Assembly (NCBI GenBank): GCA_002633005.1
Contig: NMRA01000339.1
Span: 430,800 to 494,799 of the forward strand
Direction of reading: 5' to 3'
DNA: 64,000 nt
From: Phoronis australis
Lineage: Eukaryota; Animalia; Phoronida
Position numbers and translations under genes: made by a program. The notes below the pieces were generated by a model. It made no database searches. It was not told the origin of the DNA and was given only the letters and a program-made list of their open reading frames with translations. Positions 1-12,798 of this stretch are shown here, piece after piece. How positions within the stretch are numbered: position 1 is the stretch's first letter; every line of letters begins with the position of its first letter.

Positions 1-162
1 CGATACAGTGTATGGCAGATCGGACGTCGGAGTCCGCTGTTCCAAAAAACAGCTGTGTTCTTTCACGAATAGAAAGATTCAAGATTCGTTCTCATTCAAT
101 TCATAAAGACAAACGAAGTTCCTGATCGTAACTGCCAAAGGAAGACGTTTCTTTATAGTCAC

Positions 163-273
163 CTTTTTACAATCAGCAAGAAACCTCTGTTTGTATGAGA
201 TAGTCCCAATACTTAACGTTTGTGATCCACCTTGAAGCATCTTCTCAACGTCGAAGGCCATGGCCCCATTAAC
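163..273 (-). CDS. Ependymin-related protein copy C, internal exon 2 only (gene continues off the window start; exon 1 not found)
   Basis: ctcttccag|GTT acceptor and AAG|gtgact donor, 111 nt, phase 0/0, VNGAMAFDVEKMLQGGSQTLSIGTISYKQRFLADCKK. Only 3 nt differ from copy A exon 2 (20586-20696). Confidence 0.8.
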
Positions 274-483
274 CTGGAAGAGTGCAAATAATGTTCGAAT
301 CACGTTTGTTAGTAAGCTGCATTAGGTGACTTGCTCTTTCACGAACCATTTGAGTGTTATAAGTTTGCGAAAGAAGGAAGTGTGTGAAAGAACTCCAAGT
401 CATAAGTACATGTAAGTAACTATAATTCAGCTCGTGAGAAAATAGCTTTGTTACAGATGATAATCTCTGTAACTCTAAAACTA

Positions 484-1560
484 TCGGTTTTTATGATCCA
501 AAAAATATTTTTAAACCAGTCAAGTATGCGAAACGAAAATTACTTGCGAATATTTTTTATCTTTTGTTTCTGGTATGAATATCAAAAACTGCCAAACATA
601 TTTCTGATTTCATAGCCAGTACACACACCTGAACGAAGTAATGCAAACAAGTCCCACGCATGCACGGCGCAACCTCAGCGGCCGCGAGATCCGAGTTGGC
701 ATTCCAGGGCAAGACTTCTACGGTCTTCTTCTGAAACTTTCAGACGGCTACTTTGATACTCTTGGTAGATCATAGTCTACTTTTTGGTAGTATTTGAGGT
801 AAGGTGACACTCAGTATTTTTAGGCACATTCGAATTTCTATTCTAATCATTTATTTCAGTGATGGATTGACTGGCACTTTGAGATCTACTACGCTATGCC
901 TGGTGGCTATGAATGGCAGGAGCGGCTACATTTTTTTTTTATCCGTTGTCAAAAAATGAAGCAAGTTATTGGTCCCCAACCAATCTATTTTACAACTGCA
1001 TTCTTTGTAANCACGATTATACTACAACCCATGTGCTACAACTGTGCAGAAAATCTTTGACTTCCGTTTAAATATGGCGGAAATATTGGACGTGGCGCAT
1101 GCGCACCCCGAAATATGGCTAAACACGTTTTCTCCTGTAGAGGGCGCAATTGCAAACCAATCACTTTCAAACTGGTCAGGTGTTTGTTGACATTAATAAG
1201 CTTTTATAAAAAATTATTGGACCGGAAGTTACTTCCAAGATAGCGGCTGTGGAGCATGTTCACACGGTTTCAATCGCTGTGCTGTCGCATTTTTTATTTT
1301 TATCCGTTGTCAAAAAATGAAGCAAGTTATTGGTCCCCAACCAATCTATTTTACAACTGCATTCTTTATAATTACTCTACAGTTTTCAAAAGGTAAATTG
1401 AAGCTGGATGTTCGTGCACCCCTCAGACTTTTCTGAAAAGCGAAAAAAACGTAATGTCGACGCCAATTGGCTACCCAATTTTTGGATTCGGGAGTATTTT
1501 TTGGTTGTGAATGCGTTGGCTGCTAGTTCATAGGAAACCCATGTTAGTCGAGGTTTTTTG
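484..1560. repeat. Duplicated non-coding segment paralogous to ~57930-58234 plus ~60933-61390
   Basis: Direct by-eye alignment, e.g. gcaacctcagcggccgcgagatc vs gcaacctcggcggccgtgagatc, and ttggctacccaatttttgga in both. Carries the empty site of the P-like insertion at ~711-735. Confidence 0.8.
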
Positions 1561-3801
1561 TGCATTAATGTATTTTGAAATCTCTGACACCAAAAATGTC
1601 GAAAGAGCAAATATCAGTGCTGTATGTACTTCCCTCAGGTGTGCTCGACATTTTCAAAAATACATCATTCATGCAGTGCATTTTTTCTAACTTGTCGGAA
1701 CTGAAATAGGAAAGTTCAGCACGGCTGCACGGGCCTATTCAGTGTAACAAATAATATCGATAAATACTTGGATTATTTGATAATCACGAGAGTGTTGATC
1801 GTTGCGGGTCCATCTGCGTAAACAAACATAAGTTGAACTTGTCTGATGCCTCCAAAATTCACCTCTGGTAAACGTTGTTGAACAAGAATTCTAATCGGTG
1901 GATTTTGATTCGGCCGACTTTGGCATACACTGTACACTTGATCGCTATATTGGGAACAGTATTTTTACAGTTGACGGTCTACATGAAAAGAGTCCTCAAA
2001 CTCCCTCACCGGTCAAGTTTGGGCAAATCCGCCAGCCACTTTCTTCAAATAAACCACCTAGCTTCAGCTGATGTTATTGTTCTTTAAAGATAACCAGACG
2101 CGAAATTACCCGTCAAAACATGGTTGTAAACATAGGAGGCTACAAAAGAATTTTTCAAATTTTGATTTTGAAAGATTTTTAATAGCATATTCGAATAGGT
2201 TGTGAAAAGCACCCTTCGGCTGCCATCTGGTGTCAGGTAAAAGAACTACCCTTGCTGCTTTCGAGAGGAACTACTCGAACTCCACCATGAGTCCAACTTC
2301 TGTTGGGTTTAATTTTTGGCTAATCGTCCAAAGAAAAGGGGAGTCCAAATTTACCCAGGAATTCCTGACCCAAGTAGTGGAAGGACGCAACACTAGTCAG
2401 ATATTGTCTTTACTTGGCAACTTTGATGTATCAGTGTCGGGTAGAAAATGAAAGAGGTCACCGCTTGTTGGGGCGAGCGAACTGTTCGAGGATGGGTTTT
2501 CATCACTGTGGTACTTGTGTCCGGTACTTTCGATGGGTTTTGTTGATTTTGACTCATTGGGCACGGTGACACCTGTATCGCTATCCACATCCGGCTACTG
2601 ACAGTCGCATATGGTGTACACAATTTCAAAATCGAAAAATCCTTGATTCGAAAATAGTGAGTTCTGTTTCAAAATGCTTATATAAAACTGGGACAAAGTC
2701 TGTTTCATTAGATACAATTTGTAATGCCTTGGAGTGTTCGTGGGTACATACAGCTGTATGTTCTGAGAAGCCAGCAATGCGTTACCGGCTTTTAAAAGAT
2801 GCAATAAGCTAATTGACGGGGCACCGAGGCCCCGGCGTGTGAGTGCATGCTGTGTTGCTGACAGAAAGCTGTTGCTGTTGTGAACTAATAACTCGATTTT
2901 ATATTCTATGGTCAGATGTCAGGGGAATCTTTATTCAGATAGTCCTATACATTATTCGAATCATTGTTACTGTACAACTTTTGCCTTGACAGTTCCAGGT
3001 AACCTGACTTCGCGGCCCCCAACGAGCTTGTAAGAAGATCTGCAGTTTCGCAGCTAATTCACCAAAATAATCACCTGTACAGTATTTCTTTGGCTCACCA
3101 GTATAATCTGGAAGTTTAGTTTCCATATTTGGCTGGTTTATGTTCGTGATGTCGTCAGCGTTTTATGTATTTAGAACTGAAAAAATCGCAGGTATAAAAT
3201 TACAACACACAGCTATGTTCTTCTGCTTGTATCTCACAGACAAATGATTTGAATTTATCACCGGACAGACCCCAAACTCCAGCCACCGACCATGTTAAAT
3301 TGGCCCACCGAGCTTTGTAGGCGGCGGAACGTTCAAACAACTAAAAATCCGTAAAAGAGTAATAAAATAACACTTCGTTCATAAACTCTATGTATTTGTA
3401 AGGGTTTATATCGAAATTTTATGATATATTGGTGAAAAACGATGAATTCTAGCGAAAAGCTGACACCAATTCAAGCGTGTTGTGAAATGCTGAGCAGACT
3501 GCGTTCGAACCTCTGACGTCATTGGTTAATTTCATCACCTTTGTCTGCCGTCAGCCAGTAAAAAAACTGTACTTGCTGTTATCGAATGGAAGTACTCGAT
3601 CTAAATTGATACAAAATAGGTTGTTTTGGGGTAGCATTCTCCTTTAATTTAGTCTGTCTGATAATTCTTCTCCGAAGTTCATGAAGTAGCACGTGCCCAC
3701 ACCTCTCCCAAAGCTGAGACATGCTAGGCTGAGATTCCCTGCACACTGCTGTATCAAGAGTCAGAGTGTTTTGTGACAACCGGTTCCCCAGACGTAACGT
3801 T

Positions 3802-4066
3802 AATCGTCGTGAGAGACCGTCCGGAGTTGGTATATGGAGCAACTCGGGAGGGTCTGGGGTCTACAGAAAACCACAGTTCAACTGTGAGTCTACACCAATG
3901 TGTAAAACGAAAGTAGTTCTACTTGTTGCGTCAGCTGCTGGTATGCCTATCTCTTTTATGACATACAATGTGTGACTGGGCAAAGCGTTTTCAAAATAAT
4001 GTGGATAAATCAGTGGAGACCCCTGAGGTCCCCGTCAAGTCCTCACGGCAATTTTACGTTATGTCT
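3802..4066. repeat. Dispersed repeat, second copy at 40996-41266 (inside an EPDR-B intron), more distant relative near 11700-11870
   Basis: aatcgtcgtgagagaccgtccggagttggta...cgttatgtct is shared at high identity. No conserved ORF. Confidence 0.75.
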
Positions 4067-4671
4067 AGTAGGATCTGCATGTAGGCTAGTGATGCATGAG
4101 GCCCTGGGTACTAGTCGCCACTAATTGTCACCGAGTGTTGTTTGGTATTAGCGTATCTTCATTTTCATTACAGTTGCCATTGTTACAAGGTGTCCCGTTT
4201 TCATTCATTGATTTGGTAGACATTGGGCACTTCTCTCAGTGGCCACATATAAGTGTCGGCCTCGTAACTTCATGCACGTTTTCTTTATTATCAGACGTGT
4301 GTACTGAGTTCGGCTTCTTCGAGTCTTCAGACTTGTCAGGTCAACCTTTTGGATATCGTTTTAATGTTTTATAAGTAGCAACTGAAGTCTGCCCAAAGGC
4401 GGTCTGCCATCAATTTTAAATGACACGCAGCATCAAATGTTGTCTTTTTGGTCTCAGTGGCTGCATAGTACTCTATACCCAATTATGCTTGTGCACAACG
4501 AACAGCATTGAGAATAAACTAAGCAGTTTGCGACAATGAAGAATAGGTAATTTTTGTGTTGTATCTCCCATACCAGTGAGCTGAGTGCAACTTTGAGCAG
4601 TAGTCGATCTTACTATCTCACATGTGGCGAGCATCCCACAGAAAAGTGGCCACACTTTTCGTGTTCAATTA

Positions 4672-4870
4672 TTAAGGGGCCGCCCATGGAGAGAGGGCTC
4701 ATTGTTGGAATCGATTTCTTCTATTTTCTTGTTTTTCGTGAAATCGTACAACCGGCTTTCACGTTGAAGAAGGTCACTTCTTGCAGGGTACACGACCGTA
4801 GAATGAACTGCCACTTCTTTCCAAGCTTAGTGGTGTTTAGCGTCCCATCTTAGTCGGGACCCTCTCTTGG
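4672..4870 (+). mobile_element. TTAA-GG terminal fragment of a non-autonomous DNA transposon (Kolobok-like end); second copy at ~9738-9960
   Basis: In both copies homology starts abruptly at ttaa|ggg and continues ggagagaggg..ttggaatcgatt..gtgaaatcgtacaaccggctttca. Right end not located. Confidence 0.45.
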
Positions 4871-5528
4871 TGGGGCGATTCGGGGGAATTGGTCCTTTTG
4901 TCCCTCTATACATATAAATCCGACCGTGCCAAGACCACGATTTGTGAACTGCACAAAAAAATTCCGATGATTAGTTATAAAATAACGTTATTTTTACCAC
5001 AGTATCACAAGAAAAGTATTTCTTTCGAAGATCGTTACAAAGAGATATTTGTAAGAAATTGGCACTACTAGAAAAGACTGTTGGGGCAAAAACTTGTGAT
5101 GACCTGTACATGTACATGTCGAATAGGCGAACTCAATCGTTAAGGTTTCAGCGATTTTTGAAGTTAAGCTTTAACTCGTGAACCGTTACAGGTACCTTTG
5201 AAATAAACAAAAATGCACCTAAATACGAGTGCTCCGTCTCTCATGTTCCCCCGATTCCCCTTCAAAAATCTGCGAGCATGCCTGCGGAAATCGCTTATAA
5301 GAATCCGCTTTCATAAACAAATTCGTTGGTTTCTGATTCAGATGTTTATGTAACTCCGAAAAGTGACGGATTCATTGATTAGTTTTGACAATTAGAAGCT
5401 AATCTTGTAAGAATTGACGGTGTTTCAATGAACTTAGATGCAATTTGAAGCTGAAAAAACTCTATAATTCGATCCACAGACAGTAAAGTACACTTAGACG
5501 ATTTTTGCCTATCTAAAATAACTCTTAA

Positions 5529-6830
5529 AGGCGAAGGCAACCTTTTTCCATGTCACTTTTAGCAAAAATAAGGTTCGTTGATTATCCCAGACACATTTTT
5601 CACTTAATTACAGCTTTTCGTAATTTGATTAATTTCTCGTCCTCTACTCCGGAAGTGACGTTTTGGGAGGCAAGAGTTTCGCGCCAATTTCTTTTTATTA
5701 TAGTCTGATTGTGAGAGCTGTCGATTCTGTCATTGTTCTACCTTGTTTGTGATATGTTCGGTCGTCGTTTACTTTTGTTTACAAGTCAGTCAACATGCCA
5801 CGCTGTTGCTGCGTGCCGGGATGTACTCATTATCGTCTCACAAGCGCATTGGGTACCTTGCATCGCTTTCCTAAGGATGACACACTTCGCCGTACTTGGC
5901 TAGCTCGTCCATGTGAAGAACGCAGCGCTACCCGTCCACGCAACGTACAAAGCAATGGAGGGTTACCGAGTGTGTGGCAAGCATTTTCTGCCGTCAGATT
6001 ATGACAGATATGTACGCTGAATTGATGAAGGTTCCTGCGAAACAACGCCTAAAGAAGGGTACCATACCGTCGCTGTTGATTCCCGGCAGTGCCCCGTTGC
6101 CAACCCCGAGAAGTGCGCATTTGAAGCAAGAAGCCTCGCGAGCTGTGGCCACTACATACAGTGACTGGAGGTAATTCATCTACTGTTACCCGTGCCTCCA
6201 AACGTACCACATTGCGTGCAATTCCGGGAACTAGCAGTGATTCGTCCTGTGCTGATGTCTCTAGCCCAGAGCCTGTAAGCAGCCCTGCAGCGATGTTGAG
6301 TAGTGGGAGTGAATACAGGCCCAGTTCGCCACCCAATGAACAGATCAGTGAGCCTAAGTTTGATAAGTTTATTGTGGACTTGTATTGGAGCTATTTGGAA
6401 GGTGCCAGATGTGTGGCGCGGGAGTCACACGGCGGGATGTAAGCAGTTTGGGTGCCAAGATCACAATCCAGTGGGAGTGCGTCGCGGGACACTCGGGCAA
6501 GTGGGACAGTTCTTCTTCTGTACGTGAGACGATAATTAGTACACCCCAGTACGCAGCAACAGCGTGGCATGTTGACTGACTCGTAAGCAAAAGCAAACGA
6601 CGACTGAACTTATCACAACCGAGGTAGAACAATGACTGACTGCTCTCACAGTCAGACACTATGAAAAGAAATTGGCGCGAAATTCTTGCCTCCCAAAACG
6701 TCACTTCTGGAGTAGACGACGAGTAATCAATTAAATTACGAAAAGTAGTAAATAAGTGAAAAATATGTCTGGGATAATCAACGAACCTTATTTTTGCTAA
6801 AAATGACATGAAAAAAGATTGCCTTCGCCT
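5529..6830 (+). mobile_element. Kolobok DNA transposon, internally deleted (1302 bp)
   Basis: TTAA TSD (5525-5528, 6831-6834). ~170-bp TIRs starting AGGCGAAGGCAA and ending TTGCCTTCGCCT. Contains a THAP remnant and the C-x2-C...C-x2-GH-x3-W zinc motif typical of Kolobok transposases. Confidence 0.88.
5795..6530 (+). pseudogene. Frameshifted Kolobok transposase N-terminus (THAP domain plus zinc finger), catalytic core deleted
   Basis: MPRCCCVPGC...LHRFPKD...W / YRVCGKHF / LKKGTIPSL, then KFIV / ELFGRCQMCG...WECVAGHSGKWDS, split over several frames. Confidence 0.8.
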
Positions 6831-7502
6831 TTAAAGACAATGATGAAATTAGGACAATTCCCAAAAATATACTCACATCTTAAATGACAATAAATGCATT
6901 GCTTTTCGACCTAGGTACGAGATTTGTCGTTTAATCTCACAAACAGGTGATAAAAGTGAAAAGTCATTATAACAAGGTAAACGCATTGCTCATGGAATGA
7001 ATATTATTTTTGATTTAAATGATTATGTATTTAGTGTTTTTCTAGCTTAGAACGAAGCATTCGATTGGCAAAGCAGTTTTTGTCCAAAACCCAACTATAA
7101 CCTGACAGCATAACAAGGAGCAAAGCATGATAAATTATAGTCCTGCACTTTCGCATAGTCGGACCAATAAAGAAGTCGGTCATCTTGAGTCCCATTATGC
7201 CTGGCCTGTTCCTGTTCCTTGACATTTTGACAAAGAAATGCGACAATGAACTAAAGGTATGTGATCTCACATTACGAACGATTGATCGATTGTTTTTTTG
7301 TTTTTTTGTTCACAATAACTCCTGGAGCTACAGAGCCTGTGCAAATAAAAGATTGATCGACGGCTTCTGCACATGCATAGAACTTATTTTTGACTCCCCA
7401 TTTTCAGATCAGGACGCACTGGCGATGGCAAGAAGGAGTTGAATTTTGATATCTGTTCCATATAATTTCACATCATTTCGTGGGGTAACAGTTGTTACGA
7501 AA

Positions 7503-7720
7503 ATGGGGAAAATGGGGTTTCGTGACTCAAAGTGTTTCCTTACTAGCACAGCAGTGATAACACGTGCGCTGTTCGTTATTTACGACATCGTATTGATATG
7601 GAGTGTATACCACTCCAAGGACAACGAACCACTTTGGTGGTTGTTTATTTTCTCTGTGGTTCCTCTCGTGGCTGAGATGGTCATCGTAATTGTCTACAAC
7701 GGTGGGAGCGAATGGAACAG
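7503..7720 (+). CDS. TMEM26: TMEM26-like coding exon 1
   Basis: ATG at 7503, two hydrophobic helices, donor gtaagg at 7721 (phase 2). Confidence 0.85.
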
Positions 7721-10700
7721 GTAAGGGCAACGTATATGTTCACCTGTGGTGATTTCATGTCAATCACCTTGTTTAATTTCACGTTGCATCTTTTGCGAGA
7801 CAAGAAGCAAGGAATATTATTGCCCGAATTAGTTGGCATTTTGGTGCTAACCTGTTACTGCAGCGGACGTACCGCTGAAATTTGTAAGACTTCATGCTGC
7901 TCACGTACGTGCAGGGGTACAGGCACTTCGCGCGACTATGCAACAAGATAGCGACTTTGTCCCACTTTTCTTCTGAGTGTACACTGTAGGAAAACCTTTC
8001 CCAAGCGATAAGTGTATTATATGGCTCAACCTCTTCACCAATGTCTCACAAATCGAATGCTATGATTAGCTGAGGTCGTTCTTGCCCAACTATCGTCTCG
8101 CTTGTCGACTTAGAAGTTCAAATAACTGATGCTTGACGATAACTAAAGAGCAAAATTATATTTTCAAAAATTAACTCCCCTAGCCCTTGGTTGTTCATGC
8201 TTATAGGCTTAGGCATATTATTGGCCCTTAGAGTTTATAACATATTCGTGCATAAAGTGAGAAGAAGCAATTCAAACGAAAGTAACCCGGAAGTAGGTCG
8301 AATTTTTTTTGTTCGATGTCTTTGTTGATCCTGATCAGATTCATTTTCAAAACCATTTTTCAGACGTCCAGCTAAACAACATTTCACGAAAGTGGACAGT
8401 GAAGGACACGCGTTCTTTACAACACTTTCAGAGCTTTTTGATTACAATCAGTGACAGATGTTGCCCCATTTTGTGACTTTAATTTGTTTGTCATTCCAGC
8501 ATGTTCTGTCCCAGCTTCTTCATATTCCTTGTATGTGTCACGCCCCAGTTGTGGCTCATTGAGCTGAATCACATAGAAAGAATTACCACCTACATCACGG
8601 CAAACAGCAGCATTACATTCTCGGCACAAATCGTAAGATCTTTTAATACCTTTGCGATTTTTACTTCAGTTTCTTGGTTTATCATAGGTCAAACTTCATG
8701 CGTAGGCAGGATTTTAGCTTCATGAACCACTATCAACTCCAACTCAGTTTCAATCACGACATGCCGTCTGATCTGAAGGCAGACCAGACGTCTGATGTGC
8801 TGTTTGACAAAACTACATGTGAACGCTTGTCAGATGGCTCTCCGCCTTTTTTGTCATGCGACCCCAAATACAATGTCTGACCAGGAGAACGTTTCATAAC
8901 CCCAAATTATTGCGAGAAAAGCAAACCACGAAAGAGAAAAGCGAGTGTGCTAGCCTTTCCTAGGAAAAACGGCAGTCCCTGAAACGATTGGTGGCTGGGA
9001 CAGTTGAACTGTTGCATTGAATTCACCAGTCCATATGCGAAGACTTTTCCCACAGCGCAAGCTATTGTATTACGAACTATTGAACGCAGCCCTTACTTCT
9101 TGCCGTGAGAATGAGTCATCGGGGGATTCTCCCAAGAAGGCAGGGCCTTAGGAAGCGGGGGGGGGGGGNCGACATAGGCGTGGGACCGGGGACTGTCGAG
9201 AAAAGAAAGACAGCGAAATACGGATAAGAGAGAAAATTAAAGCGAACACTTACATGTAACAACTCGATCTGCATTAGGGCATGGTTTATCTTTTGAGGAC
9301 CTTTGCCAGGACATTGTCATTAGGGTCTCCGCTTTTGCAGCACAGGTCGTTTAAACGCACTTGAAAACATGCGCGAAATCACTCATACATACATGTACAT
9401 ATCGACAAATCGAGAAATTTTGTAAAGCGAAGCTTTTGCGGAACGTACTAATTTACTGGATTTTTAAATTTAACAAGTCAATTTTGCGAATTCAAAACTA
9501 TTTTTCCATCTGCTTCTCTCTGGATAGGGATAACAGAGACAACTTTCACTTTATTTTTTTCTCGAAACTGTACTATATTATTAGAGAAAATTTGATGACC
9601 TGACAGATAACATCAATTGCTGCGCATTTCCTGATAGTTGAAAGTATAGAAATTTTCATATTGAGGGGCCTCGCCCTTGAAGGAGGCCATTGATGACATT
9701 CAAGTGGTCACCCTTTTTGTTTTTTATTGACAAAATCTTAAGGGACCACTCACGGAGAGAGGGCCCAATATTGGAATCGATTACCTCAATTTTCCTATTT
9801 TTAGTGAAATCGTACAACCGGCTTTCATAATGTAGGAGGTCACTCCCTGCATCATTTTGGGAACACACGACGGTGGAATGCACTGTCACTTTTTTCCAAG
9901 CTTAATGATGTTTAGTCTTTCCCATTTCAGACGGTACCCTTTCTCGGTTGGAACTCCAAATTCATCTAAAAACTCAAAACATTCGTGTACATTACAGACA
10001 ATCGACCCCAACAACCAAAAATGCGAAAAAGTACAGTAGGATTGCCGCCATCGAAAGGAATGAAATTTGAAGAACGTGAATACCACGTAGTATTAGCCAG
10101 AGATTTACCCATCAGAAATTCGCACCCCCGAGCTGCCAAACGGAATCTGGGAGAATTCAGGGGGCCATGGCCCTTTGGCCACCCCTAGGTCCACCACTGT
10201 GCCCTCACCTTGGGCGGACGTGGGATATTCCGTAGAAATATGATGGCATCGGGAGCACGAGGCGGTGGGGGTGGCGGAGGTAGTGGCAATGGGGGAGGGA
10301 GTTGTTTGGCGAAGTCGAAATGGTTTGTGCCCCCCCCCAATAATTTTTTCCTTCCTACGGGCCTGGAAGGTATACGGTACGTTCCACGGAGAAGGATGAC
10401 TTTTCAAGACTGGTTTCACTACTGAAGGGTGGCTTTTTTGACGAAATTCCCACAGAAAAGTTTATTTGAGAGGTAGAAACTCTTCTGAACAAAAGGTTCT
10501 TTTTTACAGCTATCCAATCCTACAAAAAGACTTTTAATATTTTATATGTTTTAACTACCTTGATTGCAAAAGATAACATACTCCAATTTTCACACGTGGT
10601 GGCTCTTCTTGTATAGTTTCAGGCTTGAAATTCATCTGACCAAGAATGGCATCATTAACCTCTGCTAGCTAAGGCGGAAGCGGGAACTTTTTGGAAGCTC

Positions 10701-12798
10701 GGTACAAATGTATCCCTTTTTTCGAGTCCATTCTCTTAATGAACGGGTATCCTAATATCGCAGCTACAACCCGGGTCAAAGTCTTGTATATACGAGTGCC
10801 ATCGAGGTGACCTTTTACGGACCGCAAGAGACTGCACTAGTAGCGTGGTAGATTATATCTAATTGCCGAGGATATCCGATTGAAAGCGAGGAACGTCTAT
10901 AGATATTTAGTTTCGGAGCATGCATTGCAATTAGCGTGGGCCATTGCCCGTTTTTTGCTATAAACATTGGTTATCGCTGGTTTTTCGTAGATTACACGTC
11001 GCTATATGTTATTGATGGTTGTCGACCTATTTTAAAGTGACTTTGGATATAGTCTTAGACGTATAAATGTTGCAAAATATTTGTGTATTTTGAGTCTAAT
11101 TTAAGGTTGAAACGCACTGTTTTTTTTTCGTCTGTCGGTCGGTACATCAGCTGTTACTTCGCCTGTACAAAGTCTGTGTGAAGTCTGAACGCAATCTGAC
11201 GCCGACGCAAGGGTCAATTTATGTCCTTTCCAGGTGCCTGGCTGAAATAACGTTGAACTGTTGTCACTACTTTACGTTGGATAGTACTTACCATGCGACC
11301 TAACCAAACAAGCCTAGAAATCACATCTAATTTGACCAAGGAAAATTTTGAGATCAATTTCGCAATGGTAAATGGTCTATATCAAAAGTGTTTTTTTTGG
11401 CGGAGAGCTTGTTTGTATCTGTCTTAATTCCTTCTGTAAAAGTATTTGTATACAACACATTACCTGCCTTTCGCTTTTGCCCTGGACAAAGTTCACGTGG
11501 CGAGCACGTTCTTACGGGCAAAAGATATCCTCGAAGAAAGTAATCACACTTAAATAGTTCAATTCAGCACTTGGACCTCCAGCTCATATACAGCTACGCA
11601 GATATCAAATACATGTATCTATGAATGCGTAGTTAAAGAAGAAACATGTGCCGTATTGTTTGTGTTATTCGATCCTGGAATTAGAAATACATGTATCTGT
11701 GTCGTGTGTACGCACTGATGCATTTCAGAGAAACGACCTTTCAAAGAAAAGCCTCGGAAAGCGATTGTTACCAGATAAATTGCTGAACTGGCGGGAATGC
11801 TTATGAGCACTTATGATCTTCAATTATTCGTGGGCTAAACATTTTCTGGGATGAATTCCGTAAACTTTGGGAGATAAAAAATTTCGAAAATTTTGCTTTT
11901 TCTGGGTCACTATTGATTCAGAAAAAATCCAACAAAGAAAAGCACATACAATGTACATGTATATACGTATATGTATACGTATAATATACATACGTGAACA
12001 CTTCCCGTTTCCAAATTTTGTTTAATAAAAACATCTATCTTAAAACACCTGGAGCACCCAGGATAAGTGCCCTGTAACCTTAAAATATAATTATTTCTGT
12101 TGTAGATTGGTCAAGATTACAAGGTTGTTACCTTTTCATACGACTTGCTGGTTATCGGACTGAAAGAGTGTCTGATGTATCTTCTGATATTAGCTCGATG
12201 GGTTCTTCCCATTCAGCACCTGACTTATCAGGAGCTCTCAGACACACTGCTCTTTTATATTGGAATGGCTGCAGACCTAATGGAACTCATGGACTATTCC
12301 AACAATACTACAGCAATGAAGGATTCGAAGTTTGTCTACGCGTTGCTCATCATCTGGACGGTCAGTCTTTTTCAATTCTCCTTCGTGCTTACCCCAGCAG
12401 ACGACAAGGACAGGGAAGAGCATCAAATCTCTTGCCGCTTTATCGCCGAGCACGCCGAAGTGTTGTCAATAGTGTTGCAGTTGATTATGATGCACATCCC
12501 ATTTGCCACCATCCGTATAGTTGCTATGGTTCTTTACAAGGGCGTGTCCTATTCCAGTGTCTTTTTTATGGTTAAAAGCTTGGCGATGATTTTGTTGAGC
12601 ATCAATCGGTTGCTTGCGCTGTTCTGCAAGCTCAGACCATGGAAGAAAAAAAAGCCAGTAAAGACAGCAAAAGCGGTCGTGGAAACGGAAGAAGATCATG
12701 CAGTCACTCCAGGAACTGAAGCGGCAGTGGAGCTGGAAATCGAGCCTGGAAAGACGGGAATCGACAACGTGAATTTTGAAATAGAAAATGAAGCTTAA
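7503..12798 (+). CDS. TMEM26: Transmembrane protein 26-like, join(7503..7720,8500..8632,12106..12798), 347 aa
   Basis: Canonical GT-AG sites with compatible phases (AG|gtaagg...ccag|C; ATC|gtaaga...tgtag|ATT); 1044 nt in total. Motifs TRALF, FCPSFFIFLVCVTPQLWLIEL, ARWVLP..LTYQELSDTLLFYIGMAADLMEL, IWTVSLFQF and HIPFATIR..FFMVK match the TMEM26 family. Confidence 0.9.
8500..8632 (+). CDS. TMEM26: TMEM26-like coding exon 2
   Basis: Acceptor tcattccag, (S)MFCPSFFIFLVCVTPQLWLIELNH..., donor gtaaga at 8633. Confidence 0.85.
12106..12798 (+). CDS. TMEM26: TMEM26-like coding exon 3 (terminal)
   Basis: Acceptor ttctgttgtag, in frame with ORF 12145..12798, stop TAA. Confidence 0.9.
   Translation: MGQDYKVVTFSYDLLVIGLKECLMYLLILARWVLPIQHLTYQELSDTLLFYIGMAADLMELMDYSNNTTAMKDSKFVYALLIIWTVSLFQFSFVLTPADDKDREEHQISCRFIAEHAEVLSIVLQLIMMHIPFATIRIVAMVLYKGVSYSSVFFMVKSLAMILLSINRLLALFCKLRPWKKKKPVKTAKAVVETEEDHAVTPGTEAAVELEIEPGKTGIDNVNFEIENEA

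Noticed and set aside
10105-10425. Gly-rich and Thr/Pro-rich ORFs in TMEM26 intron 2
   Set aside because: They derive from G-rich low-complexity repeat or MITE-like sequence, and TMEM26 exons 2 and 3 already join in phase.
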